Positions 51,863 to 63,894 of a stretch of DNA of 64,000 nucleotides are shown here, one piece after another (within the stretch, counting starts at the first letter, position 1; each line of letters opens with the position of its first letter). This DNA comes from Eledone cirrhosa (taxonomy: Eukaryota). The translations under genes and the position numbers were made by a program. The notes below the pieces were generated by a model. The model ran no database searches, was not told where the DNA came from, and saw only the letters and a list, made by a program, of their open reading frames with translations. The stretch covers positions 6,200,001-6,264,000 of the forward strand of contig OZ024756.1 in assembly GCA_964016885.1 (NCBI GenBank), read 5' to 3'.

Positions 51863-52290
51863 GATATTAAACAAATGGAAACTATATTTATAAAACCATA
51901 TTTATTTCATTATACATATTTCGGGGATACCATATTAAAAATATGGCATGCCTTCTTCAGATAAATTACAATATATAAACATTTTATAAATAATTTTGAC
52001 GTACCATAAATATTGACCAACCGTTATGTAAAAACCAGCTTTTTACATAACGGTTGGTCAATATTTATGGTACGTCAAAATTATTTATAAAATGTTTATA
52101 TATTGTATTTTATCTGAAGAAGGCATGCCATATTTTTAATATGGTATCCCCGAAATATGTATAATGAAATAAATATGGTTTTATAAATATAGTTTCCATT
52201 TGTTTAATATCGTATACCTACTCCAAAACTTGTCGAGTGCTTTATATCAGTTATAAAATATTTACTTGTTGTAACCCAACAATGTTATAT
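51858..52290. mobile_element. Near-perfect ~355-bp palindrome plus tail, hammerheads on both strands (51903-51968 -, 52106-52171 +)
   Basis: ~178-bp arms, 5-nt loop ccagc; tattttat-CTGAAGA-aggc-atgccatatt-ttt-aatatggtat-cccc-GAAAT-ATGT-ATA-atgaaata. Confidence 0.88.
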
Positions 52291-52329
52291 AAAACTTTTG
52301 CATATATATATATATATATATATATGTGT

Positions 52330-52365
<36 letters not shown>

Positions 52366-52505
52366 AAATTGGAAATATCACTGAAAATATATTTAAGGAT
52401 CTGTCGTCTTTTTCCTTTCTTTGATTCGTCAAAGTGACATTATTGAAAAAAATGAGAAGTACAATTCTTTTAAAAAAGAGTTTTATAAAGTATATAAAGT
52501 ATATA

Positions 52506-52541
<36 letters not shown>

Positions 52542-52627
52542 CGTGTGTGTGAGTGTGTGCAGTCAGACGTGTGCTCATTGAAGACCATGCCTCAACATGG
52601 CATCAGTCCAACGACTGAAACCGGTAC

Positions 52628-52677
<50 letters not shown>

Positions 52678-53674
52678 GATGCGTAGAAAACATAAAAGGC
52701 CTAAGGATGTTTATGTGTCTCGGTGTCTGTATGGATGAATGCATTGATAGGCGTGTACAGAACATTCAGCATATATTTAAAACAAAAATCTTTAGAAATA
52801 AGGTAACTTGTTAACAGAACTCATAGATATGTATACATGAGTTACATCTGAAGTAATTTTGTAGATGACATTCTTTTGAATATTTAAGCCGCCTAGTTCC
52901 TTTTCAGCCCAATTAGAGCTGTTTATTAGACTAAACAGCTTCCCACCTTCATGCCAAGTTTGATGGTCTGGCCTTTTTCTTCCAAGTAACCGGCTTCCAT
53001 CTTTTAAATACATCACTCGCATTTAACACTTTCCGCGCTGCTTTTCACCGTTTAATAACATCAGTTGTGTATCGTAATACCATTAATAACTCATTGAGTC
53101 ACCACTGAAGACTTTGCTTTCATGTCAAAGCCTAGGGTCATTAGCCTAGCAACTCTCGTGTAAAGTATTAGGTTAATTATTCACTTCCTTGATGAATATT
53201 GCCTGCATCATTGCTCTTTTTACATCCACATAGACTGAGCTAGTTTTGCCTTGAACGCCGTTGTCCGGTCCAGACTCCAACCGTACAGTTGGGATTCAAA
53301 CTATTGATTCTTCGCTTAACTGGCTTATAAATGAATCGACTCACTGAAACCCGTTTAGTCATACAAGATCAGAAAGCCCTAGATATTAATAAGCAATAGT
53401 TTTCCTCGTGCTTGAAAGTTGAGTACAAAGTAATGTCATACTTAGTAGACCTCGTTAAGTAGATATAGTGAAACATTGACTGCTAGGCTTCACAATATTT
53501 TACTGCTCGACTCTAGTCGAATAAATGAATGTTTTTTTAACGTAGTTTGCAACAGATTTCTTATTTTTCTCACGCAATCCTGGATTATGGAAGGAAGGAT
53601 GAAATATTGGAAGATTTATCGGAGGAAAAATATACTGAAAGTTTGGCAGTTATTGGTTTACTTGCAGTTTAAAT

Positions 53675-53830
53675 ACTGCTGTTACTACTACTAATACTAC
53701 TCCTACTACTACTACCACTGCAGCTGCTACTTCTACTGATGCTACTACTACTACCGCTACTACTACTGCCGCTACTACTACTGCTACTACCACCACCACC
53801 CCCACTACCAGAATTACAACTACAACGACT
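53675..53830. repeat. (CTA/CTG/CCA)n trinucleotide repeat
   Basis: Direct inspection. Confidence 0.85.
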
Positions 53831-54019
53831 TACTTTCCAGCATCAATATAAATGTTCAAAATATTGATAACTGGATGCGGTGTTAGTTCAAATTTACTCC
53901 CTAATTAACTACACTATCTGTAAAGTATTCTCAATTAATTACGTTGCAATTAGAAAAATAAATATCTAAATATGACAAACCATATGTTTATGGTGTCTTC
54001 AATTCAGTATTCGGGCCAA

Positions 54020-54230
54020 CCAATACGATCGCGAATACAAGCGGCCGAAATGGGGTTCCTTCGAAGTGTCTTTGGAGTAACGTTACTTGATAAAGTGCAT
54101 AGCTCGGAGCCCAGAGAATCACTCCAGGTTGAGCAACTACTTCTCCGAATTGGGAGATCAAAGCTCTGATACTATGGACATGTGTTTAGAATGTCTCAGG
54201 AAAGAATCGCTGGACAGATTTTATAGGCTA
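54020..54230 (+). mobile_element. RTE-like LINE fragment with in-frame stops
   Basis: RSRIQAAEMGFLRSVFGVTLLDKVHS...LLLRIGRSKL*YYGHVFRMSQERIAGQIL. Confidence 0.85.
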
Positions 54231-54298
54231 GTAGTAGTAGTGGTTGTAGTAGTATTTGTAGTATAAACCCGGTAACACAAGGTAGGCATGGTCTAAAC

Positions 54299-54566
54299 TA
54301 GACATGGGCAGCCTTTTCCCAGAAGCGGGCCACATGAGATATCAGGCAGGCCGCAAGCGCTAATTTACATTCATCCCCACATTAAAAAAATGGCGGTAAC
54401 TCAGGTTATTTTGATTTGTATCTTCAAAATCGGTACAGATTGTTTTCCTCCATAGTAAAAATGATAGAAAGATAAATTACGACTGAAAAGTTTGGGTAAA
54501 AAAATCAGAAAGATTTCAATTAGTTAACTTCAGAAAGCTTCGCGGGCCGCAGGTTGCCCATAACTG
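54299..54566. mobile_element. hAT-like MITE
   Basis: TIRs tagacatgggca / tgcccataactg, subterminal gcgggcc motifs, TSD gtctaaac / gtttaaat. Confidence 0.7.
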
Positions 54567-55524
54567 GTTTAAATATTAGCCTATTTAAATAGCTTTTAAC
54601 CAGTAAAATATTAATGTTTATTTTTATTCTGTCATCGATTGACATTTACCAACAATAACGACTATTTTCTAACTCTGACACAAGAGAGTTCACACACACT
54701 TTATTGAAGAAATATTCTTCTTCATCTATTTAATCCTAATCAGGGCAAAGTACTTAAACGTTCCTTCCAGCAGGTTCCTTCCAGCAGGTCCTGTGAGGAA
54801 CTAAAGTCAAGCAGCTGAGTAGGCTGGATCCGCATGCGAAACAAGCCAAGCTCATTGAATATATAAAATATTGATTTTGCAAATTGATACTACGTTAAAT
54901 ATATATAGATTGAATACGGCGAACGTTCTTGATTCCTGCATATCTCTATCGATCGAGAAAAAAATGAGGAAAATAATGAGAAAAATAAAGTAATTAAAAA
55001 AAAAAGATGTACGAGCTGGATTTGAACTCTCGATGTAGAGGAACACAATTTAATTTGTAACACTATTGCGCCTGCTACTGCATATTTAGGAATTCATTAT
55101 AGATAAAATATTAAATTGCTTTTAGATTATTCTGCCGTTGAGTAATCTATTACGACATATCTCCGTGATAATTTAATATTAATGTAAATATATTTTTTAC
55201 TAATTTTTTTATACGTCAATTAAGAAACAATTAATTCTTAACGTTAATTATTGGTTTATATTGAAACATAACGAAATAATTGCTTTAAAAGATAATTATG
55301 TGACGAGTCATAAGACGTTATGATGCTAAAACTTAAAGCTATCACTTTCAGAATGACAGTTACATTGAATAGCAAACTCATCAAAAACGATTATTATCAA
55401 TTTTAAATTCCTGCCATGAATAATCTTATTAAATATACATACTTATACAATTAACAAAATCTCACAAACTCATGAAAGGCCATTGACATAATATACAAAT
55501 AACTGAGCAACATTTCATAAAAAG

Positions 55525-55680
55525 GTGGCGAGTTGATAAAGTCGTTAGAACGTCGGATAAATGGTGTTGCTCTATTCCTTCTAACTCGCTGTTCTCTGGG
55601 TTTCAGTTCCGTTCTGATCAACTTTACCTTTTATTCATTAAGGTCGATAAAAGAAGTACCAGTCTAGTACTGGGGTCGAT
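55525..55680 (+). mobile_element. Old SINE A-related copy
   Basis: ggtggcgagttg...gtcgataaaagaagtaccagtctagtactggggtcgat. Confidence 0.7.
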
Positions 55681-56289
55681 TCATCCTATATATCTCTTTC
55701 TCATTTCCAATTACTCACTTTCTATCCTCTGTATTCAGACATGGAGAGGAGATGGGATCCCCCGGGTTTAAAGTTGCTCTAGAAATGCCATATGTCAATA
55801 TGGCGACCCTACGAATAGCTCAGGAGTTACGGGTCCGTACATACCATTTATCTAACACAACTAAAGGTAACAGAATAGGAAGAAGAAAAAGAAAGGATCA
55901 AGCAGGGACAGAAACGGTGAGGTCACTAAACACCAGTCTGTGTGGAGCCTCAGTGGTGCCACGCCCCGTGGACCAGATGGCATATGCATGAGAATGTCCT
56001 GCGACACCCGCTGCAATGGCCACCCCACCTCACGGGGTTTTCTCCACACGAGGGCCGCTGTTTTTTTTGTGCTCATTCTCTTTCTATAAGGGAACCACAT
56101 TGGCTGATAACATACATGCATGGTCCCAAAATATTAAGGGAGTCGTGGGGGCGTTGTAATGAAATACGGCGTTTCTGGGGTATTTTAAAACCTGTCGAAA
56201 ACCCAATCCTCTCCTGGTCTCAATACCGCAGACTTCTTCCAGCGAAGGTCGAAAGCGCTAGAGAATGGACGTGAGAAGGAGATATAGAG

Positions 56290-56455
56290 GAAGAATTTAC
56301 CCCAGTAATTAACTGGTACTTTTTTTTAAACCACCTCAAATGGATAAAAGGCAAAGATGACGTTAACGGGATTTCAACCCAGAGAGTAAAAAGCCGAAAC
56401 AAATACCGCAAGGTATTCTATCGGACCTTCTAAGACTCGGCCAATCGGCCGCCCA
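56290..56455 (-). mobile_element. Old SINE A-related copy
   Basis: ccccagtaattaactggtact...aaaggcaaag...gggatttcaacccag...tcggccaatcggccgccc. Confidence 0.7.
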
Positions 56456-56637
56456 CTCACAACATAGTAATTCATATTAATTTTTTATTTTACTTTTTAG
56501 GGTATCATTTCTTTCTGCTGGTGAATTAAAATGTAAAATCTAGATCTTTATTCTATCTAGAATGATGTCATGTACATAAAATTTAATAGAAGAAAATTTA
56601 AATTGAGTAGAAAGAATGGGATATGAAATTATAAAAT

Positions 56638-56940
56638 ATTTTTTTTAATGCAAAGGAAGGGAATGGCAAGGGCTTTAGTGTCGTAGAAGAAGGTGATTGG
56701 GCTCTGGGCCTAGGGTGCAGTGGTAAAGGGGCTGTGCCTCGTGGTAAGGACCGGAAAAGCATTCCCGCTGACAATGGCTAGCGACACCCGCTGCAAAAGT
56801 CACCCCACCACGGGCTGCCGACGTTCCGATCTTGCGGAGAAAATCGACTATCCTGGATCCAAGTAAGCCTGAGGTCTCGACGTCGACCGGTGTGAAGAAG
56901 AATCGACCGAACAATCCGCGGTATTTGTTTATCTTCCTTA
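56638..56940 (-). mobile_element. CRE-like non-LTR retrotransposon 3' end with poly(A)
   Basis: KINKYRGLFGRFFFTPVDVETSGLLG...FLRKIG / LQRVSLAIVSGNA (frameshifted RLE C-terminus); A-tail at ~56640. Confidence 0.75.
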
Positions 56941-57184
56941 CTTAATAATTGTAAATCATACTTTTCGTTTTACTTTATTCTGCTAACTCCCGCTTAAATA
57001 AATATTTTGAATACAATACATCTATAGAGTATATCGTAGTTTTTATCTGTTATCCTCTAGATCAAACATTCAATACAACGTTGAATGTTATTTGTCTTTA
57101 AAACAAACAACATAAGGTATCTCTTCCTTTCTTATTTCATTAATTGTCATAGACACATTGGAATGATGTTAACATTGGTATGTA

Positions 57185-57262
<78 letters not shown>

Positions 57263-57479
57263 TAGAGAGAGAGATAGAGAGGGAGGGAGAGAGAGGGAGA
57301 GAGAGAGAGAGACATATATGCATATATACATATATATACGTATACATATATACGTGTATACATATACGCATATATGTTCATACACACTCACACATATATA
57401 TATACACATACACACATATATATATATACCCATACACACACACATATACATACATAGACAGACACAGACATAAATACAT

Positions 57480-57542
<63 letters not shown>

Positions 57543-57605
57543 CATACGCAGACACATATACATACACAGACATATATGCATACACACACATTATATATAT
57601 ATATT

Positions 57606-57777
57606 GTATCGGTAGAGGGTCGGACGCCATGCTTTGCAGCAAAGAGTTACGGCCCTTTATGGTCTGAGTTCAAATACCGCCGAGGTTAACTTTGCCTTTC
57701 ATCCTTACGGGGGTCGATAACATAAAGTACCAGTAATACACTGGGATAATTGCTGATCTTCAGCCAAAAGTAGAAAC

Positions 57778-57781
<4 letters not shown>
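57606..57781 (+). mobile_element. SINE family A, slightly 5' truncated
   Basis: Identity to the consensus. Confidence 0.9.
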
Positions 57782-57824
<43 letters not shown>

Positions 57825-57831
<7 letters not shown>

Positions 57832-58064
57832 GTGAGGTTTTTTTTACAAAATGAAAAATAACCGAGGTGTCCTACACGAGTGGAAGTATAAAGAAAAAGG
57901 GATGAAATCGAAAATGCAACTGAAGTCTTATTTTTTTTAAAAATATATATATTTATTTGGTTCCTTTACCGGTTTCGCAGTTCTTCTGCTTTTCAAAAGG
58001 TGAGTTGAGATGGAGGGTCTGTGGTTTTTCTCACATGTGAGCATTTTCGATTTCATCCCTTTTT

Positions 58065-58072
<8 letters not shown>
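57825..58072 (-). mobile_element. (TA)n-flanked element with intact U3-A8 hammerhead variant (57963-58000)
   Basis: cctt-TTGAAAA-gcag-aagaa-ctgc-GAAAC-CG-GTA-aagg; ~30-bp inverted arms; degenerate + copy at ~62195-62385. Confidence 0.8.
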
Positions 58073-58105
<33 letters not shown>

Positions 58106-58109
<4 letters not shown>

Positions 58110-58280
58110 AACGAGTAGGACCCCGACGGCTGAGCTCAAGCCGTTTCGAGAATTAGCCGTCGAAACGGCTTGAGCTCAGCCGTCGGGGTCCTACTCGTTC
58201 CTATTACCCACTCTACTACCCTAAGCATTGAGTACTTTGGTGCGTTATGGTCCACCTGGTTCCTTACCACATTTCCTTCG

Positions 58281-58284
<4 letters not shown>
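58106..58284. mobile_element. ataacgaagg-family element with perfect ~43-bp inverted arms plus tail
   Basis: aggaacgagtaggaccccgacggctgagctcaagccgtttcga / tcgaaacggcttgagctcagccgtcggggtcctactcgttcct. Confidence 0.8.
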
Positions 58285-58324
<40 letters not shown>

Positions 58325-58712
58325 GTTCACACACTTAAATAGATATGATTTTGTGTTAGTGGTATTTAAGAGCGAGGAGGAATCAACAGTTGTTATATAT
58401 TATTATTACATCTGACGTCTTTAATTGGGTAACCGAAGCTGACAACTCTCAGAGTTATGGGTTATAACAATAATACAGCTACATAGAGCTAGAGAGAAGT
58501 CAAGACAACACCCGTTGTTTATATAGATGCTAACAAGATGCTAATACATGTGATGCTGCAGACTGCGTTGAATATGAATTCGTCAAGTTTTAACTAAGTT
58601 TTAACGAAATATAACATTACCTTCCTCACTAAAATATGAAGGAAAATTCACGGTTTAATTCACTAGAACCACCTCCCTAAATATCCCTGGTCTTCGGCTT
58701 ATAGAATACATA

Positions 58713-59405
58713 TGGCAGTATCGCTAGAGGGTCAGACATGCTTTCCAGCATAGTTACGTCCCTTTAGGATCTGAGTTCAAATCTCGCCTAGTTTAACTTT
58801 CCCTTTCATCCTTACCGGGTCGACAGTATTATAAAATATAGTACCAGTAATGCCCTGGGTATTTACTGGCCTTGTGCCTAAAGTAGACACAATTATATTA
58901 CGGCGGTGGATTGGCAGTATCGGTAGAGGGTCGGACGCCATGCTTTCCAGCATAGTTACGTCCCTTTACAGTCTGAGTTCAAATCCCGCCGAGGTTGACT
59001 TTGCCTTTCATCCTTACGGTGTCGATAAATAAAGTACCAGTAATGTACTGGGGAAATTGTTGGCCTTGTGCCAAAAGTAGAAACAGTATTATAAGATATA
59101 TGTGTAAGAATGTAGAAATGTTCCTGGTAAGAATGTAAGTAAAAACGCAATGAAGTAGGATGTGGTATGATCTCCAAGGGTTATGTAGACTAATATAAGA
59201 TCACTGGACTGGTAGTATCATTAGAGTGTCGGACAACATGCTTTGCAGTATAGAGCTATGGCACTTTACGTTCTAAGTTCAAATATCGCCGAGGTTAGCT
59301 TTGCTTTTCGGCGTCGTTAAAATAAAGTACCACTCAAGCACTGGGGTGTATTTAATAGACTTTCCCTCCCCACAACAACAACAACATTGCTGGCCTTGTG
59401 CCTAA
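58713..59405 (+). mobile_element. Cluster of three SINE family A copies of differing divergence
   Basis: Heads at ~58713, ~58902 and ~59205. Confidence 0.85.
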
Positions 59406-59523
59406 ATGATAGATGTACTAATATTGTGTTGAAGGTATTGATGTGTTGGTAAATTATTAGTTCAATTATGTCAGCTGAAAACAAATGAGAGAAGTGCTAA
59501 TGTCAGGGTGGAAAACACCTCAC

Positions 59524-59579
59524 CCGTAGGCAAAGTGTTGCTTGCATTACAATTTGAAACTGGCCATTGAACACATTCC
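59524..59579 (-). CDS. Possible small upstream exon of the minus-strand gene
   Basis: tttgtag acceptor, GG|gtgagg donor, open frame ECVQWPVSNCNASNTLPT; no domain recognised. Confidence 0.2.
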
Positions 59580-60127
59580 CTACAAACTCATATAAAATAA
59601 TAAATACGGTCAAAACCTTATGAACAAAACAGTAATTTAATATAAGTTGTTCTCAACACTTTATAAAACATAAACAAATAGATATTAGTTTGTCTTGTGA
59701 CATTACTCATGTGTCGGAATACAGAATTTTTGATGATGTAATAGAGGTAACCTTATTACAGCCAATTAAACTTTAGCATTTCTCTACCCACCATTATCAC
59801 CTCCTTCAGTAATTTATTTTCTGTTATTTGGTATTTTTATTGGTACTAGACAGTGTGAATATAAGTTTTGTCTAGTTTGGTGGTCGGTCATTAAGTTCAA
59901 TCATTTTGAATGCTGGCAACGTTTATTGTAACATTCGTCTGTTTTATGAAATATTCAAAATCAATACTGTAAAGTGCATACAATTAACCCCCTTCTACAA
60001 TGTCTAGTACGAATGAAAGGAAGAAATGGCTGGCGAAATATTTTCTTTTTTGTTCGATGAAAAATGAACAGATAATTAGTTTTTCATAGTACTAAATAGA
60101 AGTTGTGTGTTTATGTGTGTTTGTGAG

Positions 60128-60494
60128 TGTGTATTTGTGTGTGTGTGGTATTTGTGTGTGTGTGGTATTTATGTGTGTGCGGTATTTGTGTGTGTGCGGT
60201 ATTTGTTTCTGTGCGGTATTTGTGTGTGTGCGGTATTTGTGTGTGGTATTTGTGTGTGTGTGGTATTTGTGCGTGTGTGGTATTTGTGTGTGTGTGGTAT
60301 TTGTGCGTGTGTGGTATTTGTGCGTGTGCGGTATTTGTGTGTGTGTGGTATTTGTGTGTATGTGGTATTTGTGTGTGTGTGGTATTTGTGTGTGTGCGGT
60401 ATTTGTGTGCGTGTGATATTTGTATGTGTGTGGTATTTGTGCGTGTGCGGTATTTGTGTGTGTGTGTGGTATTTGTGTGTGTGTGGTATTTGTA
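60128..60494. repeat. ~15-17-bp minisatellite (gt)n-ggtattt
   Basis: Direct inspection. Confidence 0.9.
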
Positions 60495-61594
60495 TCTATT
60501 GGTTTCTAGTTTTTCTAAATACAATCTCGAACGCCACTATTTGTCAACTCTCGTGGAATACTGAAATCTGAAAGAGATTCACTATTTAGAAAAGCTAGCA
60601 TTTTAAGAAAAGAATCTTTATACAAACATCTCTCTCTCACTCTTTTCAAAATGTCTATTAATGAAACGACTTTCGTAAGGAAACAGAGTTATTAAGTGTG
60701 TGAGCAAAGAGTAATAAAAAGTGAAACCATGCATTCGTGACAGGTTCGTAAAGGTGTTTATATTTACTATCAATCCACAGAAGATTGTGTGCATTATTCT
60801 ATAGCTGTAAATCAGACAACATATATAGTAAATAAGATCCAGTTGGCTTTATGTATAAATGGAAAAGCAACAAACTGTGCTATCCGAAAAGATATATTTA
60901 TATTTTAAACTCAATGGTTTGGATTATAAAGATGAGGATCTTCAGTTCTATGTGTCAATTTGGTAAAACATCTTTCAGATTTACAACAAGAACGTTGAAT
61001 GATGTAATGGCGTATTGAAGGACGTTCCACCATCTGTGATACGATCATAAATAGAAGTTAGTTTAATAAAGAATTAGAAAATTGTAATGCATTAATAACA
61101 TCTCATTGCTATATTCACCAACAACATTTATGGATATACATATCTCGAAGACTAACGATTATAACAGCATAAAGCATAAAAAACGAAAGGGTTGAACGAA
61201 AGTTTTGAAAGAAATGGACATTGATTTGGAAAAGGAATGAGGTGAGTTATTGTATCATTGTCAAGATTGTGGTTGATTAAAGCATGCTACATACATTCAC
61301 ACACATACATACATATATTTATATGTGTGTGTGTTTTTATATAACATACATACACACACACCACACACACACATTTTAATTTATTATTATTTAAAAACTT
61401 AAATCTGCTCCCTTACAAACAAGTCTACCCGATCAATTTTTAAGACTTTCATAAGGTCGCATCCTTGATAATGAATTATTAAACCCGAAAATATTTGGGA
61501 TCATTAAATTTGCTAAGGTAAGATTCTTTTGTTCTCTTGGTAATTTAACATTCTTCATACGCATTTGTCTTGGTCTTCAAAATTTTACTTAGTG

Positions 61595-61648
<54 letters not shown>

Positions 61649-61695
61649 AATGAATAATAAGAGGTAGACATCATAAAAAGGTAATTTATTCCGTG

Positions 61696-61807
61696 TGCTT
61701 ACATATGTTTCCACGGTGGTACTACAGCCTAGTTATGCTATGTGCAAATTTGCAACTACTTGCAGAACTCAAATATCCAATGCTCTGACCACTGTATCCT
61801 CAGAGCA
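61696..61807 (-). ncRNA. Type-I hammerhead with long helix II insertion
   Basis: tgct-CTGAGGA-tacagtggt...accaccgtg-GAAAC-ATAT-GTA-agca, next to a (TA)n tract. Confidence 0.78.
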
Positions 61808-61968
61808 GAATGGTTAAAATGTACAATGTAAACAATTCTTCCATAACTCGTAGAGTAACCTCTCACCGTACGTCAACCATATCCAGTGTAGTAATTAACC
61901 ATTACTACATCTACGATAATCCTGTACCTAATATATATATATATATTACATCTAGGATAATCCTATAC

Positions 61969-62021
<53 letters not shown>

Positions 62022-62065
62022 TGAGAGAGAGAGGGGGAGAGAGAGAGAAATAGAGAGAGAGAGAG

Positions 62066-62129
<64 letters not shown>

Positions 62130-62443
62130 TAATAACAATAAATGTAAAGACTAAAATTCGAAGAGGGCTCGATAAATATATATATATGTATATATATGTG
62201 AGAAAAACCACAAACCCTCCATCTCAAGTCTACTTTTGAAATGCACAAGAACTCCGAAAGGAATAAATATATTTTATAAAAAACCCTCCAGTGGCATTTT
62301 CGATTTCTTCTTTTTTCTTTATACTTTCACTTCTGTAGGATACCTCGTTTTTTTTCATTTTGTAAAAAAAAATCCCTTTCTAATATATGTGAGTGAGTGA
62401 GTGAGTGAGTGAGTGAGTGAGTGAGTGAGTGAGTGAGTGAGTG

Positions 62444-62489
<46 letters not shown>

Positions 62490-62490
<1 letters not shown>

Positions 62491-62975
62491 CCAGCTAACC
62501 TCAGTCTCCTCTGTGTCACGTTTGACCTGGATGATTCATCCTCAGTGTATACTGATTAATGTTCAGAGCCATCCTCAGCATTCTCGTGTAGCACCCGTCC
62601 ACCATCTGAGTGAGTTTCTTGGTCAGTGCCCAAGTCTCAGACCCGTACAGCAGCACAGACTCCACTACAGCAATGAAGAGGAGGATTTCAGGTCTTTACG
62701 AAGGTCCGACTTCCACACCGATCTCAAGAGGAGACTGAGGTTAGCTGGAGATGCTCAACGACATCCAGAGTTGACATTGAACTCAGTGCTCCTGTGGGAG
62801 CCCCTACATGGACACGCTGGAAGAGGAAGACGAAGGTTAACGAATGTTGATGCCCTAAGGACATACACTGGTCTGTTGGAGACGCAGGACATGGCAGCGA
62901 TAATGAGGGACAGAGACCGCTGGAGAGAACTCGTTCCTGGATCTCGGGAATTTTACCCGTCCTAGATAGATAGAT
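62490..62975 (+). mobile_element. LINE (RTE/RTE-X-like) 3' fragment with inverted 5' part
   Basis: Plus: LRLAG..QRHPE...LLWEPLHGHAGRGR...MRDRDRWREL then (TAGA)n; minus 62490-62725: VESVLLYGSETWALTKKLTQMVDGCYTRMLRMALN. Confidence 0.85.
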
Positions 62976-63741
62976 AAATATAAGTCTGTGTGTGCGTGTG
63001 TGTGTACGTGAGTGTGTGTGTGTATATGTGTATATATTATGTATGTATATGTATAGTGAGCAAAGGCACTGCACAAAGCCAGACCCACTCTCTTAACCAA
63101 GATGATATTTACCAAAAACAAGAAAAAGTCAACATCATTGGATACCATCAGGGTTGCAGGTGTTATATCAGAGTTTTCCTTCTCCTAGAATTCTGCCTTG
63201 ACAAAGGCTAAGGGGTCATCTCTCCCGGTGATTTTGGATGGCCATTGACTCTTAAGAGACATTGCTTTATATCTGGAGATCTCTCTGCACTTGTCCTCAC
63301 ATGGTACCATGGGCCCAGCACTATGTGTCAATAATAGTCACAAGTGTAGTGTTTGTACCAGAGTTTTCAAGTCGCTGGCTGGACTAAAAAGTCACACTCG
63401 TTCATCGCATCGGTAGGGGTTCTCCTACATGGATATAAAGTAGTGGCCGTACTCGAAAACGAGTTGGCAGTCACCACCACCATATGTATATGTATATATA
63501 TATATGTGTATATAGGGAGACAAAAAGTAGGCTTTGATTAGAAACGGCTAGCGAATTCGAAATTTAGTTAGTAACATGTGCTTTCGCCGTATTTTACTAA
63601 ATAGTATTAGTCTGTTAGTTGGGATATTAAAAAAAACCTCTGAATGGAAAAAAGGATGAGTGTTGACGTAGATGGGAACCGAACCTTCAGCTATGGTTTG
63701 TGGGAACAACACATATGTATACATATAAATATACATGTATA

Positions 63742-63815
<74 letters not shown>

Positions 63816-63830
63816 CACACACACACACAC

Positions 63831-63894
<64 letters not shown>

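Noticed and set aside
52575-52630. TTGAAGA...gactGAAACCGGTA hammerhead look-alike
   Set aside because: Unpaired U3/G8, helix I/II registers do not close properly, and it resembles a SINE 3' tail.
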